Of a stretch of DNA of 64,000 bases, positions 47,116 to 56,110 are shown one piece after another. A program made the position numbers and the translations under genes. Within the stretch, counting starts at the first letter, position 1. Every line of letters begins with the position of its first letter. Origin of the DNA: a virus; the IMG/VR virus record IMGVR_UViG_3300045988_120991, positions 32,001 through 96,000 of that record; one strand, 5' to 3'. The notes below the pieces were generated by a model. That model had not been told where the DNA came from. It searched no databases and worked only from the letters and a program-made list of their open reading frames with translations.

Positions 47116-50100
47116 ATGATATTACCTAAAGACTTATTGTCAGAGAGTTATAGAAAACCAAAGGTTATATTGTGTCAAACAAACAAGGATAAAATTTGTC
47201 AATTAGATGCAACCGGACTGACTGGAACCTTTAAGTTTAATAGCTATAGTGAAATTTCATTTAATGTTGCCTCTATTTATCATGATTTAATTACTGGTGA
47301 ACAAAAGCGTACTCCATATTATGATTATATTGAAGGGCTTAGATTAGTTTATCTTGAAGGCTTTGGATACTTTCAGCTTCAGAATCCAGAGTTATATAGT
47401 GATGGTATTCAGGAATATAAACAAATAAATGCTTATTCTTTGGAGTATACACTATCTCAAAAATATCTAGAAACATTTATTATAAATAAGGGAGATGTAG
47501 GAGATACAATCGGCAGTATTGATGGAGTTGTTTTATATAACCCATTAGATGTTGACCATAGTTTGCTTCATCTTGTATTACAAAAGGCATACGGTTGGAC
47601 TATTGGACATGTTGATGATGAATTAGCATCACAAAGCCGTAGTTTCGAAGTTGATAGAGAGTCTATTTATGATTTTATCATGAATGATATGTGCGATACA
47701 TTTAAATGTTATGTTGAATTTGATACTATCAACAATACAGTAAATGTGTATTCTGAAAATGAAATTGAGCGCTTTATCGGAGATGGAGAAACAGATACGT
47801 TTAAATTATCAAATGGGATTTCTGAAACTACTACTGTTACCATCAATGGTCATGTAGTTACACAGTATAAATACAATGAAGATACAAAAGAGCTAATACT
47901 TACTCCTGCTCCGGCTCAAGGAGATATTGTAGAGGTTACGGATGAATTCAAGCACAAATATGACACAGATATAATTATTGCATTTGAAAATCTGTCAAAT
48001 GAAATGAAAGTAAACTATTCTTCAGATGATATAAAGACAGTTCTTACGGTAAAAGGCGCAGACGACCTAGACATTCGTAATGTTAATTTTGGATTGCCTA
48101 CAATTATGAATCTTGACTACTATTGCACTCCAGAATGGATGGGCGAGAAGCTTTATAATGAATACCTTTCATATGTTGACAAACAAGATAAATATATGAG
48201 CGGATTCTATAGTAGAGACATTGCAGGTTCTACAGAGGAAACATTTAATGTTGAAACAACTAAAGAAAGTTTTGTTGTTGGTAACACGCAAGAATTTATA
48301 GCAAAAGGATCACAAGAATCTTTTAATGCAAATGGTGATGTGTCATATTTTAATATAGATAAAGCACAAGTAACTTATCAGATAAATAGTGTAGTTGAAA
48401 AATTAGATGTCAAGGCAGAATCAATGGTATTTGTTCAGCCAAAACTTTTATCAGAGAAGCATACTGTTGAGCTTGATGAAAAAACATTTATTCTTAAAAA
48501 TAAAATTATTGTTCCAAAAGATACGAAGGTTTATGTTAATGACGAAGAAATAAACGAAAATCAGTATGAATATGATGCTAATAAAAAAGAGTTGACAATT
48601 GTTGATGATTCACTTCAATTATCGACGGGAGATATAATTAAGATAGAAACACCAGAAAATAGCATTCAAACTAATTTTATCTTTGATAATCCTGATAACA
48701 AAAATATAGTCGTTAAAGTTAACGGAGAAGAAACTGAAAAATATGAAACCAACACAACCGGATTAAAAATTGCTGACGATGCAATTTTAAACTATGGAGA
48801 CACTGTTATTGTAGAATTGATTGATAACAAGTTCAATTTAAGTAGTACAAAAGATAGAATTATTTCTGTAACTGTAAACGATAGAGATGTGGAGAAATAT
48901 ATTAGGAACGGAAACGTCTTATCTATAACCGACAATAGTTTGCGTAGTGGTAATATAGTTTCTGTAAAGTCTGTTGGCACAGAAAATACTATTGATTTGT
49001 CTCAACATAAAGATAAGGTCGTTGTATCTGTTAGTGTTGGTGAGAATGAAATTGATTCATATACATTAGAAAATTATAGGCTAACAGTTAATTATGAAGT
49101 CAGCCCTGGTGATGAAATAGTTGTTAAGTTGGTCAACAACAAATTCGCTGTGCCTCAAGTAAAAGACAGAATATTGTCAGCCGAGATTGATTCTAATAAC
49201 ATCCAAGATTATTTTTTTTCTTTTATTGATGACGTACTAACCATCAATGAATTGAAAGCTCTATACAATGGCACACAAGTTATATTGAAGTCTGTTGACG
49301 AATACTTTATTTTGAATAAAGAAGGTAGGGCTACATCTGTTTTTATTGATGGTATAGAAATTGGTGATAGTGAGTTTGATTATGATGGTAATAAGTTAAC
49401 TATCACATCAAATGTAATAACACCAGAAAGTAATATAATAGTAGAGTTTGTAGACACCTCTTTTCATTTAACCATAAGTGGAAGAATTAGTTCTGTTAGT
49501 ATCAATGGAAAGAAAATAGAAAATTATAGCTTTGATGAATCAAAAAGAATGTTAATTATTGATGATGAAAGTTTAATTTCGAATTGTAAAGTTAGTGTAG
49601 AAATAATTAACAATATGTTTTATTTATCAAATGTTCAGGAAAATGTGTCACTATATGTTTATATCAATGAAATAGAAACGAAAAATTATGAACTTAAAAA
49701 TAATGAATTAACTATAAAAGACACTCTGAAAATAGAAGATACTGTGTCTGCTGAATATACAGACAACCATTTCCAAATATCAGGAGATATTGGATTAAGG
49801 CATGTAGTCGAAAAAGAATCGGCAGATGGCTCTTCCGAAAGTATTCAAGAAGGAACTGGATATGAATATGATGACACTACTAAAATATTGACAATTAATG
49901 TCCCTCTTAAAAATGGAGAAAAGATAATAGTTAAAAATATTGATACTACAAACGCTTTAAGGGTTGTTCAATCAAATGCAAAAGAAGGAGAAATTTTGCT
50001 CGAAGATGTAACTCCAACATTGAAGTCATATGAACCAAAGGTCGGAGACTATGTTATAAAAATAGAAAGCTATACAACTATTTTGAAACAACTGTACGAG

Positions 50101-52008
50101 TTGATAGATAAACAGTTAACAGAAGAAAACTCCGTGCCAGATGAATATGAAATTACAGAAATAAAACTAAATCCAGATAACTTCAATGATGGTGATAAAT
50201 TTTTACCAGAAGCTGACATAGAGCATCTTGGAAATGTTTATAAGATTACTAACCAAGAGAAAATCGTTGATGAAAGTGGTGGTGTTTCATATAATGACAT
50301 AGCTTATAAGTATTATGTCTGTGAAATGAAGATGTCAACATATGTAGGTGATGATGGAAAAGAACAACAACAGTATAAGTATGTTTGGAATGAAAGAGAA
50401 TTAGTGTTTGGTGGAGATGGTATAAACTCTCTTAAGGAAAGAATAGATATTTATTCTGCTATTAATGATATACAAATTGCTGCAGAATGGGATCAAAAGC
50501 CGCAGGATAGTGATGAATATCAAAGCTATTCTGATAACTTGAAAAAGCTACAAGACACCAAAAAGGAATTAGAAGAGAAACAAAAGGCAGTTGATAGTAT
50601 AGAAGAAGAAATAAAAAGTGCCCAAGATGAAATTAGAATGATATCAGAAGATATCAATGTTAATAAAAACTTTTCGCCAGAGAGCTTAGATAGGCTTTCT
50701 TTATTCTTACGTGAAGATGAATATTCTGATGATTGTTTCTGTACCACAGACATTGATACGGATTTAGACATAATCAACACACAGAAAGAGCTATTAGTTG
50801 CTGGATATAAAAAGTTGAAGACCATCTCAAGGCCAACATTATCATTCTCTGCTTCTATGAAAAACATTTATGCAATCCAAGAGTTTGAGCCAATATTACA
50901 TCAATTCAAACTTGGAAATTTTATAAAAGTTAGAATCAGAAAAGATTTTATTAAGAAGGCAAGATTGCTTGAGGTACAATTAGATTTTGACGATTTAAGC
51001 AATTTCTCATGTACATTTGGAGATTTACTGTCTGCAAAAGATCAAGGAGATATTCACGCTGATTTGTTGGCACAAGCAATTAATGCCGGAAAAGCCGTAG
51101 CAAGTGGTTCTGCAAACTGGCAAAAGGGCTATAATGTTGCTACTGCAATTGATGAAAAAATTAAGCAAGGATTGATTGATGCAACGACTTCTATAAAATC
51201 AAATTCTGCTGGTCAGGACATTTCATGGGATAATTATGGTATTCATTTACGTAAAGTCGTTGATGGCATTCTAGACAAACATGAAGGATGGATTACGAAC
51301 AATAAGTTTTTATATTCTGATGATAATTTCCAAACTACAAAGTCTGTATTTGGTAATTATACTATTGAAGGAGAAACGTACTGGGGTATTCTTGCTGGAT
51401 GCGTTAGTGCTGGTCTTATCGAAGGTAGTCATATTATCGGTGGAGAAATATGTATTGGCCTACAAGAAGATGGAACTTATGCGTTTAAAGTAGATAAAGA
51501 CGGAACGGTAACGATGAATAAAGGTGATGCAGCGGAAAAGTTATCCTACTTTAGTTTTGATGGAGATAACGGTTTAATTGTTGGCGAAAATAAAGAAGGA
51601 GATTATTTCTCAAGAGTTTCTGCGCAAAAAATTGAATTTTGTCGCAAAGCAAGAATTATTGTTGTAACATCTGAACCAACACATAAATACGATAATTATG
51701 ATTATGTTCTATATCAACACACAGAAGGTTCAACTACTTATTTTGATTATTATAAGAATCCAGACTTCATATATAAAAATGAAGAACCATCATATGAGGC
51801 ACGTGCCATTGGAGAAAATTTTGAAGACCCTGAAATAAAATTTGGCATCCCAATTACTTATTTTGCAAATAATACAGCGTATATGAAACAGGCAGAAATA
51901 GAAGGAAGTTTAAAAGTTGGTACAGAAGAAGAAACTCCATATATTTCTTTGAAGAATTTTAGAATACAAATAGAAAGCAATGGTAGTTTGTCCATTGTAG
52001 CAACATAA
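47116..52008 (+). CDS. tal: Tal-like tail tip / minor structural protein (1,630 aa) with internal tandem domain array
   Basis: GGGAGGTGG RBS. Third gene of the TMP-Dit-Tal order. The N-terminal roughly 215 aa and the C-terminal roughly 380 aa resemble phage minor structural protein / Prophage_tail families (memory-based). The central part holds about 10 copies of a roughly 50-aa unit plus a coiled coil. Confidence 0.7.
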   Translation: MILPKDLLSESYRKPKVILCQTNKDKICQLDATGLTGTFKFNSYSEISFNVASIYHDLITGEQKRTPYYDYIEGLRLVYLEGFGYFQLQNPELYSDGIQEYKQINAYSLEYTLSQKYLETFIINKGDVGDTIGSIDGVVLYNPLDVDHSLLHLVLQKAYGWTIGHVDDELASQSRSFEVDRESIYDFIMNDMCDTFKCYVEFDTINNTVNVYSENEIERFIGDGETDTFKLSNGISETTTVTINGHVVTQYKYNEDTKELILTPAPAQGDIVEVTDEFKHKYDTDIIIAFENLSNEMKVNYSSDDIKTVLTVKGADDLDIRNVNFGLPTIMNLDYYCTPEWMGEKLYNEYLSYVDKQDKYMSGFYSRDIAGSTEETFNVETTKESFVVGNTQEFIAKGSQESFNANGDVSYFNIDKAQVTYQINSVVEKLDVKAESMVFVQPKLLSEKHTVELDEKTFILKNKIIVPKDTKVYVNDEEINENQYEYDANKKELTIVDDSLQLSTGDIIKIETPENSIQTNFIFDNPDNKNIVVKVNGEETEKYETNTTGLKIADDAILNYGDTVIVELIDNKFNLSSTKDRIISVTVNDRDVEKYIRNGNVLSITDNSLRSGNIVSVKSVGTENTIDLSQHKDKVVVSVSVGENEIDSYTLENYRLTVNYEVSPGDEIVVKLVNNKFAVPQVKDRILSAEIDSNNIQDYFFSFIDDVLTINELKALYNGTQVILKSVDEYFILNKEGRATSVFIDGIEIGDSEFDYDGNKLTITSNVITPESNIIVEFVDTSFHLTISGRISSVSINGKKIENYSFDESKRMLIIDDESLISNCKVSVEIINNMFYLSNVQENVSLYVYINEIETKNYELKNNELTIKDTLKIEDTVSAEYTDNHFQISGDIGLRHVVEKESADGSSESIQEGTGYEYDDTTKILTINVPLKNGEKIIVKNIDTTNALRVVQSNAKEGEILLEDVTPTLKSYEPKVGDYVIKIESYTTILKQLYELIDKQLTEENSVPDEYEITEIKLNPDNFNDGDKFLPEADIEHLGNVYKITNQEKIVDESGGVSYNDIAYKYYVCEMKMSTYVGDDGKEQQQYKYVWNERELVFGGDGINSLKERIDIYSAINDIQIAAEWDQKPQDSDEYQSYSDNLKKLQDTKKELEEKQKAVDSIEEEIKSAQDEIRMISEDINVNKNFSPESLDRLSLFLREDEYSDDCFCTTDIDTDLDIINTQKELLVAGYKKLKTISRPTLSFSASMKNIYAIQEFEPILHQFKLGNFIKVRIRKDFIKKARLLEVQLDFDDLSNFSCTFGDLLSAKDQGDIHADLLAQAINAGKAVASGSANWQKGYNVATAIDEKIKQGLIDATTSIKSNSAGQDISWDNYGIHLRKVVDGILDKHEGWITNNKFLYSDDNFQTTKSVFGNYTIEGETYWGILAGCVSAGLIEGSHIIGGEICIGLQEDGTYAFKVDKDGTVTMNKGDAAEKLSYFSFDGDNGLIVGENKEGDYFSRVSAQKIEFCRKARIIVVTSEPTHKYDNYDYVLYQHTEGSTTYFDYYKNPDFIYKNEEPSYEARAIGENFEDPEIKFGIPITYFANNTAYMKQAEIEGSLKVGTEEETPYISLKNFRIQIESNGSLSIVAT
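48461..49950 (+). repeat. 9 consecutive divergent repeats of about 150 nt (about 50 aa) inside the Tal-like gene, plus one isolated copy at about 47790-47945
   Basis: The recurrent pattern is [F]-x-[LI]...V-x-V-N-[GD]-x-E-[IV]...Y-x-x-x-x-x-x-L-x-I...G-D-x-I-x-V-x. Examples: KFNLSSTKDRIISVTVNDRDVEKYIRNGNVLSITDNSLRSGNIVSVKSV and SFHLTISGRISSVSINGKKIENYSFDESKRMLIIDDESLISNCKVSVEII. Confidence 0.75.
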
Positions 52009-52023
52009 TGGAGGTGAAATAGA

Positions 52024-53784
52024 GTGGGAGTATCAAGTGGAGCGTTTGAAACAAACGCAGTTGACACAGAAGGGTCTGGATACCCTAATAGAATCAGAGT
52101 AGAGTGGTCGTCTTCTCAAAGTGTTGCAAATAACACATCCACTATATATTGGACGGTTAAATCAGCAGGTGGTTCACATGGATTTACTATGACTGGGCCA
52201 GTAACAGTTAATATAGCAGGAGTCACCGTTGTCAGCAGATCAGATAGATTTGAAATGTGGTATAATACGGTTCTTGGTTCCGGCAGTTTTACCTTAACGC
52301 ACGATTCTCAAGGAAATAAAACACTAACAGCATGGGCGGAAGCGGCTGTTTATACATATGCAATTAGTAGCACAAGATATGGTTATTCTGTTGATTTGCC
52401 ACAAATTCCAAGGTCGTCTAATTTTAGTATAAATGGAAGTACAATGGGTTCTCCATTAACTATTCAAATTTCAAAAGCAGTATCTTCCTTTACACATACA
52501 TTAACTTGGCAGTTTGGAAATAAAACAGGCACAATAGCAAACCAAACTTCTAATTCCTCCGTAACATGGACTCCTCCATTAGATTTGGCAGATCAGATTC
52601 CAAACGCTGCATCTGGATATGGAACCATCTGGTGCACAACTTATAATGGTGGTACTAGTGTAGGACAAAAATCATCTAATTTTACTTTAAATGTTCCTTC
52701 TAATATAACTCCGTCAATCAGTAGCTTTACATCATCTATTGCAAGTACTAAGCCATCTGGATGTGGAATGTATGTTAAAAATAATTCAACAGTAAGATGG
52801 AATGCGTCAGTATCTGGGATTTATGGGTCAACCATAAAAAAATGTGTTATTAATGGACCTAGTTTATATTATGAAACTACAAGTTCTTCTAACTCATATA
52901 GTGCAACGAGTTCTACATTAACAACTTATGGTAGAAAAGAATATACAATTACGATTACAGATAGTCGTGGAAGAACAGCAAGCAGAACACAGAGAATTGA
53001 TGTAGTAGATTATAATACTCCGTTAATTACTTCATACACTTCGTTTAGAAGTGATTCATCTGGTAATATTAATGGGTCAGGTACATATGTAACTCATAAA
53101 ATTACAGCGTCATTCTATACGTTAAGTGGTAAAAATAATATAAAAATTGTTGCGTATAGCAAAGAGGGAACGTCTGATATATATGGCAATAGTGTAACCA
53201 TCAAAAATGATGCAAATAATACAATAAGTTATACGCGTATATTTAGTTCTTTTGATACATCAAAAACATATGATTTTAAATTTGTAATTTCTGATAGTGT
53301 CGGAGGATCTTATACGGCTTATACGCATGTTGGCACTAAAAACTTGCCAATAAACATTGCTGGAGATAATAACTCTATAGCAATCGGTGGATTTGCACAA
53401 ACATCTAAAAATAATACCGGCAGATTTGATTGTTTTTGGGAGACACATTTGCCATCGGAACCTATAATTGGTTCAGATAGAAAGTTAAAGACAGACGTTG
53501 AAGATATTGATATTGACATAATAGACCTTCTTCATCCAGTGAAATATAGGCTAATCAATGAATCTTCTGGAGCTATTCATTACGGACTTATTGCACAAGA
53601 TGTAGAAGATACTTTTTCTAGTGTTGGAGTAAATTATAAAACTGGAATTGTTCATTATGATGAAGACGACGAAACAAATGAACGTTCAAATTATGCATTG
53701 GCATATGGCGAAATCATCCCCCTGTTAGTAAAAAAGTGTCAGGAGCTTCAACAGGAAATAAATGAGTTGAAGAAAAAACAATAA
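52024..53784 (+). CDS. tail fibre with C-terminal intramolecular chaperone (peptidase S74) domain (586 aa)
   Basis: GTG start after GGAGGTG. The C-terminus IIG|SDRKLKTDVEDIDIDIIDLLHPVKYRL...HYGLIAQDVEDTF...YALAYGEIIPLLVKKCQELQQEINELKK matches the S74 auto-cleaving chaperone domain. The predicted cleavage falls between 53472 and 53473. The N-terminus is DUF859-like. Confidence 0.8.
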   Translation: MGVSSGAFETNAVDTEGSGYPNRIRVEWSSSQSVANNTSTIYWTVKSAGGSHGFTMTGPVTVNIAGVTVVSRSDRFEMWYNTVLGSGSFTLTHDSQGNKTLTAWAEAAVYTYAISSTRYGYSVDLPQIPRSSNFSINGSTMGSPLTIQISKAVSSFTHTLTWQFGNKTGTIANQTSNSSVTWTPPLDLADQIPNAASGYGTIWCTTYNGGTSVGQKSSNFTLNVPSNITPSISSFTSSIASTKPSGCGMYVKNNSTVRWNASVSGIYGSTIKKCVINGPSLYYETTSSSNSYSATSSTLTTYGRKEYTITITDSRGRTASRTQRIDVVDYNTPLITSYTSFRSDSSGNINGSGTYVTHKITASFYTLSGKNNIKIVAYSKEGTSDIYGNSVTIKNDANNTISYTRIFSSFDTSKTYDFKFVISDSVGGSYTAYTHVGTKNLPINIAGDNNSIAIGGFAQTSKNNTGRFDCFWETHLPSEPIIGSDRKLKTDVEDIDIDIIDLLHPVKYRLINESSGAIHYGLIAQDVEDTFSSVGVNYKTGIVHYDEDDETNERSNYALAYGEIIPLLVKKCQELQQEINELKKKQ

Positions 53785-53820
53785 AAAATGGATTAAAAGG
53801 AGATAATTTATTATGAATGG

Positions 53821-54291
53821 GTGATTTTTATGGAATTGATAAAAGATATCGCGGCTGTTATTGGCTGTATATCTGCATTTATCGCACTTATTACTACAAT
53901 TTTTAAACCAATAAGGAAAAGGATTGTTAACTGGATTAAGTACACATCTGAGGCAAGTGAAACTTCTGCTACAATTAAAGATATTAACGCTAGCATTATT
54001 GGGCTTAAAGGCAACATAGAGGCTATTCTCAAACGTTTAGAACAAATAGAAAAGAGTATTAAAACGTTAGATGGGAGAGTATTTGAGAATGAGCGCGATA
54101 GAATTAAAGCAGAATTATCAGAGTGTGCGTCTCGTTGTGCTCGTGGTATAAAACTTTATCCAGAAGAGAAACTTCATATTGATGAAATTTATTCTAAATA
54201 TAGCAATGAACTTCACTGTAACTCTACCGGATCTGAGGCGTATCATGAAATAGTGAAATATTATGAAAGCCAAAATTGGCTAAAAGTATAA
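53821..54291 (+). CDS. membrane-anchored coiled-coil protein (moron candidate, about 153-156 aa)
   Basis: The start is ambiguous between GTG 53821 (overlaps the stop of a 3-codon leader ORF, 53813-53824) and ATG 53830. The N-terminal TM helix is IAAVIGCISAFIALITTIF, followed by helical sequence. It is the last plus-strand gene before the lysogeny region. Confidence 0.55.
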   Translation: MIFMELIKDIAAVIGCISAFIALITTIFKPIRKRIVNWIKYTSEASETSATIKDINASIIGLKGNIEAILKRLEQIEKSIKTLDGRVFENERDRIKAELSECASRCARGIKLYPEEKLHIDEIYSKYSNELHCNSTGSEAYHEIVKYYESQNWLKV

Positions 54292-54300
54292 TAAATATTT

Positions 54301-54336
54301 AAGGGCTGAGATTAATTTCTCAGTCCTTATTTTTTT
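54301..54336 (+). terminator. rho-independent terminator (possibly bidirectional)
   Basis: AAGGGCTGAGA / TCTCAGTCCTT forms an 11-bp stem with one G-U pair, followed by T7 on the plus strand. It overlaps the stop codon of the convergent small minus-strand ORF. Confidence 0.75.
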
Positions 54337-54491
54337 GCGTTATTATAATTATCTATATATTCTTTTAGCACCATATTAATTAAATTAGTTACTGTTCTAC
54401 TCTCTTTCATTGCAATTTGCTCCAATTGAAAGCGCTGTGAAGCCGGCATTCTTAATGTGAAATTTACACTATCTTTAGCTTTTATTTCCAA
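54327..54491 (-). CDS. small ribbon-helix-helix (Arc/CopG-like) protein, 54 aa, not in the ORF track
   Basis: Manual translation gives (M)EIKAKDSVNFTLRMPASQRFQLEQIAMKESRTVTNLINMVLKEYIDNYNNAKK. TTG 54491 lies 9 nt after GAGGGGA (an in-frame GTG 54500 is the alternative). The beta-strand/helix/helix layout is typical of RHH repressors and antitoxins. Confidence 0.5.
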   Translation of the reverse strand: MEIKAKDSVNFTLRMPASQRFQLEQIAMKESRTVTNLINMVLKEYIDNYNNAKK

Positions 54492-54514
54492 CTTTATCAC
54501 TCCCCTCTTATATA

Positions 54515-54543
54515 ATTTTACTTCATTCTCGTGTCATTTGCAA
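54515..54543 (-). promoter_or_regulatory. sigma-A-type promoter candidate for the RHH ORF
   Basis: On the minus strand: TTGCAA (54543-54538), a 17-nt spacer, then TAAAAT (54520-54515). Located between the integrase terminator and the RHH RBS. Confidence 0.45.
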
Positions 54544-54544
54544 T

Positions 54545-54578
54545 GCAAAAATAAAAAGAGTGGTTGAAACCACTCTTT
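54545..54578 (-). terminator. rho-independent terminator of the integrase gene
   Basis: On the minus strand: AAAGAGTGG TTTCAA CCACTCTTT followed by TTATTTTTG. The stem overlaps the int stop codon. Confidence 0.75.
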
Positions 54579-55728
54579 ACTTAAGATTTTTTATAACAGA
54601 CATAGATGCATTTTGTGTTTCTTGCAACAAATGAGAATATACTGTCATTGTAACGTCAATTTTTGCGTGTCCAACTATTTTCGAAATCATTGTTATTGGA
54701 ACACCTTGGTCAATAAGCGTACTTACGAACGTGTGCCTCAATGAGTGTGGCCCACACTGTTCTATGTCTGCTTGTTTTAATATACGCTGAAATACCTTAT
54801 ACGCATCAGCAGGGCGAACTATTGTATTATATCTTGAGCGCACAATGTACTGTTCTGGATCATATCCTTTTTCTTTTTTCAAATCGTTAAGAGCCTCTAT
54901 TGCCATGTCTGATAAAAATACGGTTCTCCCTCTTCCTCCTTTTGTAGTTGATTGATCAATAAGAATTTTGCTTCCATCATTTTTTGTTCGGTCTTTTACA
55001 TATACTATGGTTCTTGATACATAGACTGTTCTTTTTTCAAAGTCAATATATTTCCACTTAAGTGCGAGTCCTTCGCCAAGTCTAAGCCCAGTATACATTA
55101 AGAAAACATAAAATGCACCATATTTAAATCTTCTTTCCCCGTTACTATATTTCATATAGCAGGCGTTTACCAACCTAGCTCTTTCCTCTTCTGAAAAGAA
55201 TCTTTGCTCTTTTTCTTCAAATAGTTCTCGTTTTGGCATCACTACATTATCTATTGGGTTTTTGTTTACTTTTCCTCTGGCTATAGCATAATCAAAAATT
55301 TGTCCCAATGTTCCATAAGCTTTGCGAATTGTTGAACGTGAATACCCGTCTGTTTTAAACTTATTTATTATCATGGTTTGAATTAAACTATCGTCTATTT
55401 GCTGCAATGCCAAATCCCCTAACTGTTTAATTAAAAAATTTTCTGTTATGTCTGCAAGTCTATCATATGAGGTTGGCTTAATTGATGGCTGTTTAATATT
55501 TTTAAGCCATGAACGAGCAAAATCCTTAAACAAAACGTCTTTCTCTCCAACAATACCTGTTGACAATAACGCTTCAAATTCTTGCTTTTTGTTTAAGCAC
55601 TCTTGCTTGGTGCCATAGAAATATTTCCTGCCAAACCCCTTGTATGATATAGATAACTTCCATTTACCATTATCACGCTGCGTCCAAGATCCTTCTCCGT
55701 TCATTCTCTTCTTTGCCACAATAACCAC
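54577..55728 (-). CDS. int: tyrosine recombinase / phage integrase
   Basis: The N-terminal arm-binding-type segment is NGEGSWTQRDNGKWKLSISYKGFGRKYFYG. Catalytic contexts are TGLRLGEGLALKW (Arg), HSLRHTFVS (His-x-x-Arg) and GHAKIDVTMTVYSHL (His...Tyr). The true start may be GTG 55719 or ATG 55704 rather than GTG 55728. Confidence 0.9.
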   Translation of the reverse strand: MVIVAKKRMNGEGSWTQRDNGKWKLSISYKGFGRKYFYGTKQECLNKKQEFEALLSTGIVGEKDVLFKDFARSWLKNIKQPSIKPTSYDRLADITENFLIKQLGDLALQQIDDSLIQTMIINKFKTDGYSRSTIRKAYGTLGQIFDYAIARGKVNKNPIDNVVMPKRELFEEKEQRFFSEEERARLVNACYMKYSNGERRFKYGAFYVFLMYTGLRLGEGLALKWKYIDFEKRTVYVSRTIVYVKDRTKNDGSKILIDQSTTKGGRGRTVFLSDMAIEALNDLKKEKGYDPEQYIVRSRYNTIVRPADAYKVFQRILKQADIEQCGPHSLRHTFVSTLIDQGVPITMISKIVGHAKIDVTMTVYSHLLQETQNASMSVIKNLK

Positions 55729-55760
55729 TCCTTTAACAATACAAAATTAATTGTACTACT

Positions 55761-55790
55761 ATTATAATTTATGTTAACTGATGTGGTCAA
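55761..55790 (-). promoter_or_regulatory. promoter candidate for int
   Basis: On the minus strand: TTGACC (55790-55785), an 18-nt spacer, then TATAAT (55766-55761). The -35 element is embedded in the GATGTGGTCAA repeat. Confidence 0.45.
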
Positions 55791-56082
55791 GTTGTAAATT
55801 TCGTACCACATTTATACCACAATTATGGTATTAAATATGGTGAAAAAATATCAAAAACAATGAATGTTAGCGAAATGCCTATGATTTATATATTAGGGCT
55901 AATCCATTGAAAATACTAGACTTGTTGATCCTATAATGATAATATTTATTGCACTAATATTTATTCAAATGGATATACTAAACCTACCTATGTAAGAACC
56001 TCAAAGCATTGATTCAACTAGTGTTTGTGTAAATGTGTTTTGTGTTTGACCACATCATTTACCACAATTTTATTGTACCACA
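55780..56082. other. candidate attP / recombination-regulatory spacer with clustered ACCACA repeats
   Basis: A 382-bp non-coding gap lies between int and xis.
- GTACCACA occurs at 55803-55810 and 56075-56082.
- TACCACAATT occurs at 55815-55824 and 56060-56069.
- The inverted pair GATGTGGTCAA (55780-55790) / TTGACCACATC (56046-56056) flanks the region.
- The 11-nt direct repeat TAATATTTATT occurs at 55940-55950 and 55955-55965 in the AT-rich centre. Confidence 0.5.
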
Positions 56083-56110
56083 ACTTGCAATGCATAGCAA
56101 GGCTTAATAA

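Noticed and set aside
49209-49219. A T8 homopolymer inside the Tal-like gene (GAT TAT TTT TTT TCT), and A7-A8 runs in the TMP gene, as possible phase-variation switches.
   Set aside because: The reading frames are intact. Such runs are expected from Phe/Lys codons in AT-rich DNA. Without population data there is no evidence of length variation.
55729-56110. A tRNA gene or a small cI/cro-like ORF in the int-xis spacer.
   Set aside because: No cloverleaf-compatible segment or T-loop consensus was seen. Only 12- and 16-codon ORFs without an RBS are present. The region is better explained as attP or regulatory DNA.
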